From positions 36,952,001 to 37,016,000 of the forward strand of contig CAIIXF020000001.1 of the NCBI GenBank assembly GCA_903813345.2: a stretch of DNA of 64,000 nt, in the 5' to 3' direction. Position numbers and translations under genes: made by a program. Below, in pieces: positions 53,901-64,000 of the stretch. The notes beneath the pieces are model-generated. The model was not told the DNA's origin, did not search any database, and was given only the letters and a program-made list of their open reading frames with translations. Position 1 is the stretch's first letter; each line of letters starts with the position of its first letter. The stretch comes from Owenia fusiformis (Eukaryota).

Positions 53901-56295
53901 AGGTTATTATGCCAGGCTACTGTGTGGCAGGAACTGTTGGTCATAAAATATTGAATGGTGTCAGGAAACTTGAGCTTGAGAATAAGAAAACTGTAAGTAT
54001 TCATGTTAAAAAACATTTCTTGATAATAACAATATCTTAATTAAAAAAACACAAATATATTTACGTCAATTGGTTGCACTTGATGATCTTAAAAGAACTT
54101 TAAAAGATAAAACATGGGAGGCTTATCAATTATGAAATGTGTGTTCATGTAATTTTTTCTCATCATTGGTTCTGGGCATACGTGTGTTTTGTAATTAGTG
54201 AATGTGTAAGTCCAGGGACATACTTTTTTAAATTATTTTTTTAGTTAGATGTAAAGATGTCAGTGCAGTATATGTCATTCAGTGCCCATGCTGATGCTAA
54301 AGGAATCATGCAGTTGATTAGACACTGTGAACCCAGAAATGTCATGCTTGTGCATGGGGAGGCAGTCAAGATGGAGTTTCTCAGAGCCAAGATAAAGCAA
54401 GAATTTGGTAAAAAAATATTCAGATCTCAATTCCTTCGTAAAACAGGACCTCACTTGTTGATCATATCATTCAAATGTCAAAACTAGAGAGAAACCAAGT
54501 AGAAACAGAGCAGTGTTTTGATGCTCAAGATTTTATTGTAACTGCTAGATTAAATGATTAGGATATTTACTCATTTGACTTTTCACTTAGTAAGTATATT
54601 TTTGGATAAAAGCCGAACTATGCTTTTTATGTCCAATAAAAGTACACACTTTCTTACCAACCATATTACTTGTACAAGGACAACTAGACCCAGGAGATTT
54701 TGTTGGGTGAAAAAATTCTTTCTCAAAAATATAGTTCCAAATTTTGCTTTAAGGTCTTCATCCATTTAATGGTATTTGATTTGCCTTAATTATAAATGTA
54801 TCACCTCTGTGATTAAACATATTCCAATTAAATGTTGACATTATTTCGCCAGATATTGAATGCTACAAGCCTGCCAATGGAGAGACGGTTTCTATAGCAA
54901 CAAAACCCTGTATATCAGCTGACATGTCAATTTCACTTCTAAAAAAAGAAATGGCTAAAACAGGTAATATGTGTTCAATTCTTCTTTCAAATGATATATA
55001 ATTATATATTACTGAACCTTTAAAAAAAGGTTATAATGAGGCATGATGTACAATATTAATCATATCTAGCATTCATGAATGTAATGAAGTCAGGGGCTTG
55101 GTTCTGTTCACTAGACAGATCCTCTTTCAAAATCACAATGGGATATCATTGTGTTCTATTTATAACTTTCAAGTATGGCATCAGTATGCAAGCTTACATG
55201 TAAAAGAGTTAATTTGCCAGATTGCTCATTCTCCTTGGCCTACCTTTTTATTTGACATCAAGAAGTGTTGACTTAGTGTCGCCACCGTTTTTTGACTGGC
55301 ATTAGCATTAAGCATCTAGCTACATTAGTACTAATTTGTAACAAAATTGAAAATTACCTGTTGCCTTGTTTCAATTTTGACCCATAAATCTGAAATCCTC
55401 ATTATATACATTATTGACTTGAACTGTTAATTTTACTTTAGATGGTGATGAGCCAGAACCCAAGAAGGCCAAGCTAATGCACGGTGCCATCGTTATGAAA
55501 GACAATGTAAGTATAGCTACAATATTTACAAGCAATGTTTCAATGACAAAGATGAGATGAACTACAATCATGGTTATAATCATTTATCTATCATTGTCCG
55601 AGTTTGGACTTGTGTTAATACATTATTACATTCTCTTGCAGAAACTCCGCCTCATAGATCCCAGCGAGGCTATGAAGGAATTAGGCCTTCCAGAACACAA
55701 GATACGTTTCACATCAACTCTAGCATTGGAAAATGAAGGCACAGTGACGCAAACAATAGATAAGATATTTAATCTAGTTAAAAAGTATGATTTTGATTTG
55801 ATTTGAATGTGTATTTTAATCTTTTGTGCAATTCTTCGAGACTCTAAAATGCATACAAGTCATGATGTGGAAGATCTTTTGTGAAGCTAATAAACCTGAT
55901 GGCGGCATTTTAAAATGAAAAAATACATAATATAAATTCAAAATTTGAATTTCTTTTACATTTTAGCTATTTGGTAATGCCATATCTAAGAGATTTGAAT
56001 TCCACAATAATTTTGAGAAGTGACCTCCATGGCTTTTTAATAGACTTATTATGAGTGGAAATGGCCCAGTGGCATATCTGATAACATCTGCTTCTTTTAC
56101 AGGAGGTTAAAGAGCGCTAGTGTACAACATTCAACAGATGGCAGTATAACAATATCAGACTCTGTGTTGATCAAGGTATCAGGGGATGATGAGGAGTCTG
56201 AGAAAGATGTGCTCTTATCTTGGTCATATCAGGATGAAGAACTTGGGAGCTATCTACAGAGACTTTTGAAAGCTGGTTTACATGTAGATAGTTGA
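32980..56295 (+). CDS. INTS11: Integrator complex subunit 11 (CPSF3-like MBL/beta-CASP RNA endonuclease), complete, 16 coding exons, about 604 aa
   Basis: Exons 32980-33007, 34729-34826, 35168-35250, 35436-35547, 35920-36036, 36512-36610, 37105-37278, 38004-38123, 51920-52015, 52426-52548, 53903-53992, 54245-54407, 54853-54963, 55442-55506, 55642-55784, 56103-56295 (1815 nt, open frame). Motifs [95 protein letters not shown]-terminal [13 protein letters not shown]. Confidence 0.97.
33540..34614 (+). mobile_element. Decayed mariner transposon in INTS11 intron 1
   Basis: TA-flanked perfect ~42-bp TIR CGAGGGTTGTCCCAGAAGTAATGCACTATATGCTCTAACTTT; internal relic [37 protein letters not shown] resembles the mariner N-terminal HTH. 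Confidence 0.88.
38917..39888 (-). CDS. Intronless class A (rhodopsin-like) orphan GPCR, copy 1, nested antisense in INTS11 intron 8
   Basis: 323-aa ORF with 7 hydrophobic segments, N-terminal sequons NQT/NAT, TM1 SN, TM2 LSFADL, TM3 [10 protein letters not shown]4 W, TM6 LYTPY, TM7 NSFCNSFVY, helix 8 DFRRAL; TATATAAAA about 80 bp upstream. Confidence 0.9.
   Translation of the reverse strand: MSRLFNEFNSINMENQTNATLTGHELGVTYVVISVIISALIIVSNTLIIVAILKFDYLKTISNQYVLSLSFADLMVGLALPYCNLRQLYPEASLVLDGADSEKYSCLVCQVVVHQPTAASMMMYTAISIERYIAITRPFSYPDIFTMKKVRISIICSWIYSYFMFIGLSCFNIWTPGLQCSLSMILYQPAAFYGIIASAGILMLIIICTAYCRIFYIAWAHKKQQNEQQNAIGPVTDTSKSDMKIVKMMAIIFGTLVILYTPYWIFTCVVLFYKQKPKWLVTYEQFSVIMYYCNSFCNSFVYGWKSTDFRRALRMLVFRQNSV
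40399..41056 (-). pseudogene. GPCR copy 2, pseudogene with a 362-bp frameshifting deletion (ECL2 to TM7)
   Basis: Colinear with copy 1 (offset 1168) to ...TPGLQ, then jumps to the GTGTATGGATGGAAA (VYGWK) segment (offset 1530); the frameshift gives a 188-aa ORF; the ancestral C-tail remains out of frame to ~40399. Confidence 0.9.
42780..43984. mobile_element. Foldback / long-TIR element, ~590-bp inverted arms with a short spacer
   Basis: 42780-~43360 is a high-identity reverse complement of ~43400-43984, e.g. CTCACCCCCTCAAGCCATCTTTAT vs ATAAAGATGGCTTGAGGGGGTGAG. Confidence 0.85.
44789..45772 (+). CDS. Intronless class A orphan GPCR, copy 3 (intact, inverted relative to copies 1 and 2, same strand as host INTS11), 327 aa from the first ATG
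   Basis: ATG at 44789 (the ORF track starts at GTG 44753); highly similar to copy 1 with the same motifs; full C-tail [27 protein letters not shown] overlaps the stop. Confidence 0.92.
   Translation: MENQTNTTLTGHGLGVTYVVISVIISALIIVSNTLIIVAILKFNYLKTISNQYVLSLSFADLMVGLALPYCNLRQLYPEASLVLDGADSEKYSCLVCQVVLHQPVAASMMMYTAISIERYIAITRPFSHPAIFTMKKVRISIICSWIYSYFIFIGLSCFNIWTPHVQCSMSMTLYQSAAFYGLVASSGILMFVIIGTVYCRIFYIAWAQKKQQNEQQNAIGPVTDTSKSDMKIVKMMAIIFGTLVILYTPYWIFTFVVLFYKQKPKWLVTYEQFSVILYYCNSFCNSFVYGWKSTDFRRAFRMLVYRQNSNKVFPLENTENSKTYKT
45778..45981. repeat. 46-bp minisatellite (about 4.5 copies) directly after the GPCR copy 3 stop codon
   Basis: Unit TAGCCCTTGAGGTGTTAAAACATATTGATAAAATGACCAATGGGTA; CCCTTGAGG recurs at 45781, 45827, 45873, 45919, 45966. 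Confidence 0.9.
48112..48740 (+). mobile_element. Decayed Tc1/mariner-superfamily element with transposase C-terminal relic
   Basis: TIR CAGCGTGTCCAAAAAACAGGACCGTAAGAAAGTT mirrored at ~48705-48740; relics [24 protein letters not shown] (cf. the WPxxSPDLNPxDFxLWGxLK motif) and [23 protein letters not shown]. Confidence 0.85.
48942..50992 (-). CDS. Nested 3-exon gene for a 166-aa secreted cysteine-rich protein (10 mature Cys), function unknown
   Basis: Exons 50925-50992 (signal peptide [22 protein letters not shown], donor GTAAGT, phase 2), 50136-50352 (acceptor TTCCAG, donor GTAGGT, phase 0) and 48942-49157 (acceptor TTTCAG) join in one open frame. TATAAAAA at 51133-51140 and ATTAAA at 48789-48794 on the minus strand. 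Confidence 0.82.
51133..51140 (-). promoter_or_regulatory. TATA box candidate for the nested secreted-protein gene
   Basis: TATAAAAA on the minus strand about 140 bp upstream of the ATG at 50992. Confidence 0.45.
53377..53919 (+). repeat. 36-bp tandem array of the INTS11 intron 10 / exon 11 junction (15 acceptors)
   Basis: Unit TGTATATTTTATTCCTAG|GTTATTATGCCAGGCTAT; AG acceptors end at 53398 + 36n up to 53902; the last unit runs into the true exon [17 protein letters not shown]. Confidence 0.97.
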
Positions 56296-57274
56296 TACTA
56301 ATATGATGATGAGGGTATTAGTTATGAAATTGCCTCTGGTGATGGAGAAATGGCATTCCCGTTCTTTTTAATGTAGAAAAGTGGACACCTCTGTATCGAA
56401 AGAGTGCATATTGCTTCAAATTGGTTGGAAATAGTGGGTAGGGGTGTGATAGGAGTAGATCCTGTTTGTTCTCTCTCATTTTTACTCACTTTTTACCAAG
56501 TGGCCTGATCACAATTTTTTATTTGTTCATGCTCAAGCTGCAAGCAACAAACAATAAACAATGCTGGAGATTCTGCCTGCTTTGAAAGTGTGATTTAAAC
56601 ATTTTACATGGACATTTAACATGTGGCAGACTTGAACCAGGGTTCAAAGAAATAAACTGATTCAGATCAAAAGCAGTCACTTTCTCCATGTTTAGACCAG
56701 TGGAACAAGACTAAAGTGTCTTCATGATCATATTTACAGCTCATACCTGAAAATATTTATTTTCATAGAAATAAATGAAACACTACAAATAAATTAGCAA
56801 TTTACTGTTTATTCATCTAGGTTATTATTATGTACAAGTACATTATAAAGACCACTCAAGACTAATTAAAGTAGATGTCATTATATACAATTAATCATCT
56901 CTATCTACAATATCCATCTCTATGTACAATATTCTAAATTCAATGAAACCCTTGTTTTAATCCATTACTTATTAGTTTTAAAAAGTAATTAAAAACTAAT
57001 GAAATCATCAAATCAAATAGCGCAAAACTACATACTAGTAGATAACAGCAACCACAAGACAGCAAATCCTATCAATTAGAGTAAGACAACATTGCTAGAA
57101 ATCATGTTTCAAATGGTGGTCATAGACGTATTGCCAAAAGACAATACTTTTCCAGTTAAGGCAAAAAATGTGGAATAACACACATATAGATGGTGACCAT
57201 TTTATTCAGTGGGGTAATAATAAATTTTAACTAATCTGTATGATGCCATTTGAACATGGGTAACACTAAACTAA

Positions 57275-58802
57275 AAACCAGAACAACGGCAACGCCAAAG
57301 CGTAGCGAATCCCATCGAACAGAAATGGCTGGCATTTTTACAAACGAAATAAATAGCAAATATCATAAAATAACACACATAAGAAAGGCCACCATTTTCA
57401 AAATGGTTGCTCACTAGCCAAGTTGTCATCAGAAGTAGTAATACGCTTTTTTTTATAGTATTCACATACCAAATATGAACAAAATCGCTCCACTACTTTT
57501 CGAGTTATAGTAAAATACTTTAAAATGGTGGCCATTTTTCAAAATGGTCGCCTTCTATCAAAAGTGTCATTAGACAGTGTGCCATGCTTATAGTATTCAC
57601 ATACTAAATAAGAACAAAATCGCTCCACTACTTTTCAAGTTACAGCAAAAATTGTAAAATAACTAGTAAAGGCCGAGTAAAATACATGTACATTTAAATG
57701 GCGGCCATTTTTCAAAATGGCCACATTCTGCCAAAAGTGTCATATGACAGTGTACCATGCTTATAGTATTCACATACCAAATATGAACAAAATCTCTCCA
57801 CCACCGCTCGAGTTATAGTAAAAAATGTTAAAATAGCGGCCATTTTTCAAAATGGCCACCTTCTATCAAAAGTGTCATTAGACAGTGTGCCATGCTTATA
57901 TTATTCACATACCAAATATGAACAAAATCGCTCCACTACTTTTCGAGTAATAGTAAAATACGTTAAAATGGCGGCCATTTTGAAAAATGGCCGCCTTCTA
58001 CCAAAAGTGTCCTTAGACAGTGTGCCATGCTTTATTATTCACATACCAAATATGAACAAAATCGCTCCACCACTTTTCGAGTTATAGTAATTAAAATATG
58101 TTAAAATGACGGCCATTTTTCAAAATGGCCGCCTTCTACCAAAAGTATCATTAGACAGTGTGCCATGCTTATAGTATTCACAAACCAAATATGAACGAAA
58201 TCGCTCCACTACTTTTTGAGTTATAGTTAAATATGTCAAATTGGCGGCCTTTTTTCAAAATGGCGGCCATTTTTTCAAAATAGCCGCCTCCTACCAAAAG
58301 TGTCATTACACAGTGAGCCATGCTTATAGAATTCACATACAAAATATGAACAAAATCGCTCCACTACTTCTTGAGTTACAGCAAAAATCGTATAAAATAA
58401 CGAGTAAAGGCCGCCATTTTTCAAGATGGCTGCCATGTGCTTCTTTAATATCTACATTTCTAGCTTTATCAATGTCCTATATAATTTTCTACATCTAAAA
58501 CATATTGCTATTACAGATTTACATATTGCACCTAAATTACTATAAAATCGGCACTAAAATGGCCGCCATTTTTAGATGAGCGGCCATTTTGAAAATCGGC
58601 TTTCGAGCAGAACTTCTACCCCCATAGGGTATATGTGTACAAAATATGAACAAAATCGGGCCAACGGTATTTGAGTTATTGCCCGGACGGACGGATGGAC
58701 GGACAGACGGATGCTGATGGACATACGGACGGACGTACGTACGTACGGACAGACGGACGGAGGCGTTCCCTATATCCCTCCGAACTTCATTCGATGGGAT
58801 AA
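57275..58802 (+). mobile_element. HINE/Helentron-like non-autonomous element with ~120-bp internal satellite
   Basis: Subterminal inverted repeat ATCCCATCGAA (~57309) / TTCGATGGGAT (~58790); about 8 units containing AAAATGGCGGCCATTTT...CACATACCAAATATGAACAAAATCGCTCCACTACTTTTCGAGTTA; (GGAC/GGAT)n at 58685-58761; 3' hairpin. Confidence 0.75.
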
Positions 58803-59848
58803 ATATATGAATAGATGAAATTGAAATCACAGGGTGAGATTTTCATTTTTATCTGCTATGGGATCAAGCTATTTTTGTAAAAATACGAAGAAAACCTCAC
58901 AACTGATTTTTAACTCAGATGTTTCATTATACCGTGCAATGGGTATATCATTGGCACATAACCTCCACTTCTGTTTGAAATCCAATGACACTATAAGTAT
59001 TGAAAATGATACGAGCATCACGCTCTAACATTTGTACAAGTAATACATAATAAGTTGAAATTTTAATTCATTAAAATTGTAGTACTAGTAAAGACATATG
59101 GCACTTGGTCATATGTATACATAAAACAATCATAAAATATCTTGCATATGTCTGTTATTCATTGAGATAATGATAGAATATATCATATGGACATGGAACA
59201 AATGTAGTCATTCAACAACAATATTTTTGTATTTAAATTGACAAAGGCTAACCATGGAGTGTACGCATTTGATTTTAAAACCAACAATAATGAAACTTTT
59301 AATAATAGGCCCTTTAAAAGGAACACAATATGGTGTATATATGTACATGAGTGCTCTAAATATGTAAGTCTAACTAGATTGCTACAGCCTCTTACTGAGA
59401 TCAATAGGATAGAAATATTATATAGTACTATGTATTTAAAACAATATTTACAAAAAAAGATTCCCACAACATTTGACACAAAATCAATTGTGTTAAGAGT
59501 GGGTAAAATGCAATTTTTCTCGTCAAAAAGATATGAAAAATAGTTTTAAACAATCCCCAAAAATTAATTTCATGAATACAGTGGGAGGATGGTCTTGCAG
59601 GTAATGCAATGGATGATATGTAGAAATGGAGTGACACTTGTGACATCAAAAATACAAACAATTGTATATACAAACACTCAATTCAGAACATGATTATGGA
59701 ATTTATGTTGAAGCTGAAAAAACTGTCACCATATCGATATTAACATCCTATTTACAGCTATTTGTAGGTAGTATATACATGTAGTGCCATGATTTTTTGA
59801 TGTGATATCCTTAATGATGATATATGAACAATACAAGAACAATATATA

Positions 59849-62800
59849 CTAAGTCTTTGCTGCACGTTTCCGAGTATTTGAAGGTTTTATTGGAGTTTTA
59901 CTTGTGGAGGATTTAGACTTCAATGCAGTTCGTGATTTCCTAATGGGAGGTGGTGGACTGTCTGGTTCTATGTTGGGGTTGATGTTTTCCGAATCACTAC
60001 TTGTATCAGATTCCCCTGTAATAACAGTACATATGTAATATAAATATTCCCATAACAATCTAATGATAATGAAGATAATTTTAATACTTTTTCAGAATCA
60101 AGATATTTTTCAAAATGCATCAGTTGAAAACAGTTTTTGCCCACTCATAGGTTATCTGAGGTTGACCAGCCAATTTCTATTTATCATTACATTGGAATAA
60201 GTATCTCTTTAATCAGTGCCCTTGCACATCATGATGAAATATTGTGTATGATATGAAACATAGACACGCAATGATAATTATCAGAATTGGAAGAGCAAAT
60301 TGGAGCCATTTAATTTACCCAGCATGCCCAAAACTTTATTAGAACTTGGCACTAGTCTGCTCTTGCATCTATTAAAATTTCAAGTTGAATGTGGTTTTCT
60401 TTGAAGATTTATAAGTAGAGTTTAGGTGTTGCCCACCCACACACAAGCCCAGCAGAACAAGTTAAATACAATGTAGCAATAAAAAATATGATATGATTTC
60501 AAAGTAGACCATGGAAATCCAAGAAGGTGAAATGGTTCAAAATGCACAGTAAATCAACATTGTAGATGACTAATATGAAATACCTTTTAATTGTTGTTGT
60601 GAACTGCTCTTATCAAGATCAAATAATTCAATTTCACTGTCTTCACTATCTGAAAACGACAATTTTGGCTTGGGTTTTGGTGCTGCATTTTTACCACGAC
60701 GAGCTGGGTGTATGACATCATCATCTTCTTCGCTTTCAGTATCTACAGTTGCCTTACGTCTTGCAGGAGTTTTTCCTTTAGCTTTACGACCTATAATGGC
60801 ATTGTGAAAATATATTTAATGGTAAACTGAAGTTTAGTAGAATAGGCTATTTGAATTTTGAAAGTTTTTCATTTCTAATGAATTTTTAATATCTGCAATA
60901 ACGTTGATAATGATTGATCTTAAATAACATACCTGGTGTTTTTGTGGGTGTTTTCCTGCGGTTTTTAGCAGCATTTGAGGCTTTGCTTGCTTTCTGGGTG
61001 GCTTCCTCATCATCCATGCCTTTATTGTGGCACTTAGTGACCCTCTCCTCAAACTCATCCACCATAGCCTACGCACAAATCAGGGTCATTTTTACAGATT
61101 AGTTTTACAGTTTTCTACATCTACACAATGTATTATATATTCTTAAATGAATTGTGCAAGGACAGCATTTAAAGACCATATCAGGTCAGATTAGTCTTCT
61201 TTTCAGTGTTCAGTAACTGAACAGTGTAACTGAACACTTATCTGACAATTAAGAGACAATTAATTGGAATTGTGGTGCCGTTACCTTAATTTCTGTCTTT
61301 GCAAACTTCTTGGCACCATTGATGACAATCATGAAGCAGTTGTAGACTTCATCATCAGCTAATTTGTCTCCGAAGCAGGCAAAGTTCTCTTGTAGTTTAC
61401 GTATACTGCGCTCGTTGTATGACAACATGGACAGACAGAATGACAGGTCCCTCCATTGACGATCAACCCTACATGACAAAGAGGAAATAATACATGCTGA
61501 ATTTTGCAGTTTTTATTCTTAATTTATTAGTTCCACTAAAAAAGGGATAGCGATAGACATTATAAAATTGGAGCTTTTTTAAATCATAGGCCACAACATA
61601 ATTAAAAGAAAAATTTATCTTTGAAAACTAGACAACAGCAACGCCAAAGCATAGCAAATCCCATCGAACAGCCATGAGTGGCATTTTTACAAACAAAGTA
61701 TATAGCAAAAATGGCAGCCATTTTTCAAAATGACCACCTACCACACGTGTCATTAGACAGTGTGCCATGCTTATAGTATTCACATACCAAATATGAACAA
61801 AATCGCTCCACTACTTTTTGAGTTACAGAAAAATCGTAAAATAGCGAGTAAAGGCCACCATATTTCAAGATGGCTGCCATGTCAGTGCTTCTTTAAGATC
61901 TACATTTCTAGCTTCATGAATGTCCTTTATAATTTATTTACATTTAAAACATATTGCTATTACAGTTTTACATATTGTACTTAAATTACTGTAAAATCGG
62001 CACTAAAATGGCCGCAATTTTTGAATGAGTGGCCATTTTGAAAATCAGCTTTTGAGCAGAACTTCTACCCCCATGGGGTATATGGTTACAAAATATAAAC
62101 AAAATCGAGCCAACGGTATTTGAGTTATTGCCCAGATGAAAGACGGATGGACTGACAGAGGCATTCCCTATATCCCTCCAAACTTCGTTCATTGGGATAC
62201 ATGCAGTGAAATGCAATATTAGCCTTTCATAGTATTTTATCAAACTTGCAGATTCATTTAATGTAGACAAAAACTTTGTATTGTTGAATATTGAGAACAT
62301 TCATTTTAAAGCATTAAGTGTCCCTTGGACCATGTCACCATACATGCTTTTGGTAATTTAATGTAATGTACACTTCACAAGTTGGTTTACCTGGTAGCCC
62401 TGAATCTATGGCATAGCTTCTCAACCAGACTCTCACACTGTCTATCTTTCTGGATAAATGAGAATAGGTATTTCATAATGATACGGAAGTTGTCTTCTGC
62501 CACTCCGACATCTGGGTCGGACAAACGTGAGATGACATCTGGCATGATGTTGTACACAGCGTTGCCCTGGAAATACACAGCAACACTTTGATGATTCTAT
62601 GTTGTTGTTATTTCAGTAAAACCTCTTGAAAGTGAACACTGCTGAGAAATGTGAGATATTGAATGTAAAGCCAAAATTATGTTATAAGCTTACTTTAGAA
62701 AAGTGATCACTTTATTATGCACTGGATTTATTAAAACATTTGTTCAATATCTTTCATTAATGAAACAAACAATATGCAAACATTCTAAATAGCAATTTGA

Positions 62801-63859
62801 GTAGGAAGCTTGAGCAATTTGAGTAGCAATTTGAGTAGGAAGTAGGAAGAACTGGTTGAAATAATTCAATACACATACCTTTTTAGCGAGTTCAAGGAAG
62901 AAAAGCTTGGCCAGGTTTGAGATTCTTGTATCCTCATCTACGATGCATGTTGCTAACTCACTGATTTGACCTTTCACTTTGACCATGTCATTCAGAATCA
63001 AATGGGTGAGAACCATTAATGTATTCTTACGTACCATTGGTGAATCATCACGTAATCTATTATAAAACAGAAACATTTTCAACAATCCAGGTATATATCT
63101 CCTTTTAGATTACAGAATATTGGTTATATTCTGTATTTGCTTTATATTGTTAATTCATGTTTTTCATTGATTAAGTCAGCTTGCAAGAGCGAGGCTTTTG
63201 AAAACATGGGAGTCAATGGAACATTAAAAATCGAACTACACTCACAAACACAAGTTTCTCTGAACAATGCTGAGAAAGAAAGCCTTGTATTCGAGATGTG
63301 ATTTATTTAAAGAGAGAATCAGATCTAGTGAGCAGCCGAACAAAATGTCTATTTTCTAAAAATCCCCAAGTGCACACTTATTTCAGAAAAACTAACGATT
63401 TTTATGATAATGTATTATCTTTCTATAAGAATGGTTACCATTCTTATTATTTGGGAGAATTTAACCATTTTCACCCATTTTTGCACTTTGAATCCATTAT
63501 AACTTCACCAATTTATAACATATCATGAATCTTTTGGGAGATATTGTATTTGAGATGGTAAGGAATAGATTGGTAGGTCAGTTGTACATGTTACTTGTAA
63601 TTTTGTCACCCCCCATAGATCTGATTCTGTCTTTAATTGATTTTATCCTGATATGAACATATGGTGTTACATTTAGAAGCCATGTAATACATAACGAACT
63701 CACCTTGCATACAAATTAGATGTCCATGGTTCAATGAGGTTGGGGAAGCGGAATGTGAGGTCCCCCAGGGCTATAATGGTGTTTGCTCTAATTGCTGGGT
63801 TAGGGCTCTTCTCAAGCACAGTAAATAACAGCTGGAGGTGGCTGTCACAGAACTCAGAA
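59849..63859 (-). CDS. NCAPD2: Condensin I subunit CAP-D2 (Cnd1 HEAT region and basic/acidic tail); last 7 coding exons, 5' part off-window
   Basis: Exons 63704-63859, 62879-63056, 62391-62566, 61285-61468, 60933-61068, 60584-60790, 59849-60015, phase-consistent. Motifs LQLLFTVLEKSPNPAIRANTIIALGDLTFRFPNLIEPWT, LTHLILNDMVKVKGQISE, GNAVYNIMPDVISRLSD, QCESLVEKLCHRF, RQWRDLSFCL. Confidence 0.95.
61627..62200 (+). mobile_element. Short HINE-family copy (same family as 57275-58802) in an NCAPD2 intron
   Basis: Same 5' end ACTAGACAACAGCAACGCCAAAGCATAGCAAATCCCATCGAAC and 3' end CCCTATATCCCTCCAAACTTCGTTCATTGGGAT, with only about one internal unit. Confidence 0.75.
63311..63632 (-). mobile_element. 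TTAA-target MITE (Kolobok-like), copy 3, inverted
   Basis: TTAA|AGAGAGAATCAGATCT...AGATCTGATTCTGTCT|TTAA; reverse-complement homologue of 25026-25355. Confidence 0.65.
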
Positions 63860-64000
63860 CTGGAACAACATAAATATAAATACATAGAAATACAGTAGAT
63901 GAATGTACCCTGCGTGCAGAGTCTAGTTAAACTACACTCTGCCTAGTAGAGACCATATTACAGTTTAGTAGCCCCGCCCCCACGACGGGTACCGGTGACA

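Noticed and set aside
53372..54016. 214-aa and 188-aa repetitive ORFs; 36-bp repeat superficially like a CRISPR array
   Set aside because: The ORFs are off-frame or antisense readings of the junction repeat; there are no unique spacers or cas genes and the locus is eukaryotic.

Overview
AT-rich, intron-rich animal genomic DNA, not prokaryotic; the repeat landscape and intronless GPCR expansion suggest a lophotrochozoan or mollusc (inference). I reconstructed three conserved multi-exon genes by hand from GT-AG junctions and reading-frame phase: an ARHGAP45/ARHGAP29/GMIP-family F-BAR-C1-RhoGAP gene (minus strand, 32530 to <799, 3' end off-window), head-to-head with a complete 16-exon INTS11/CPSF3L (plus, 32980-56295, about 604 aa), and the last seven coding exons of condensin I subunit NCAPD2 (minus, 59849-63859). 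The 13.8-kb intron 8 of INTS11 hosts four nested genes: three intronless class A orphan GPCR paralogues (one C-terminally truncated, one deletion pseudogene, one intact and inverted) and a 3-exon gene, missed by the ORF track, for a 166-aa secreted protein with 10 mature cysteines. The 3' splice site of INTS11 exon 11 is amplified into a 15-copy 36-bp array in which the 14 upstream acceptors lead to an in-frame stop. Introns contain many non-autonomous transposons (Helentron/HINE-like elements with internal satellites, decayed Tc1/mariner, TTAA MITEs, a 1.2-kb foldback) and minisatellites.
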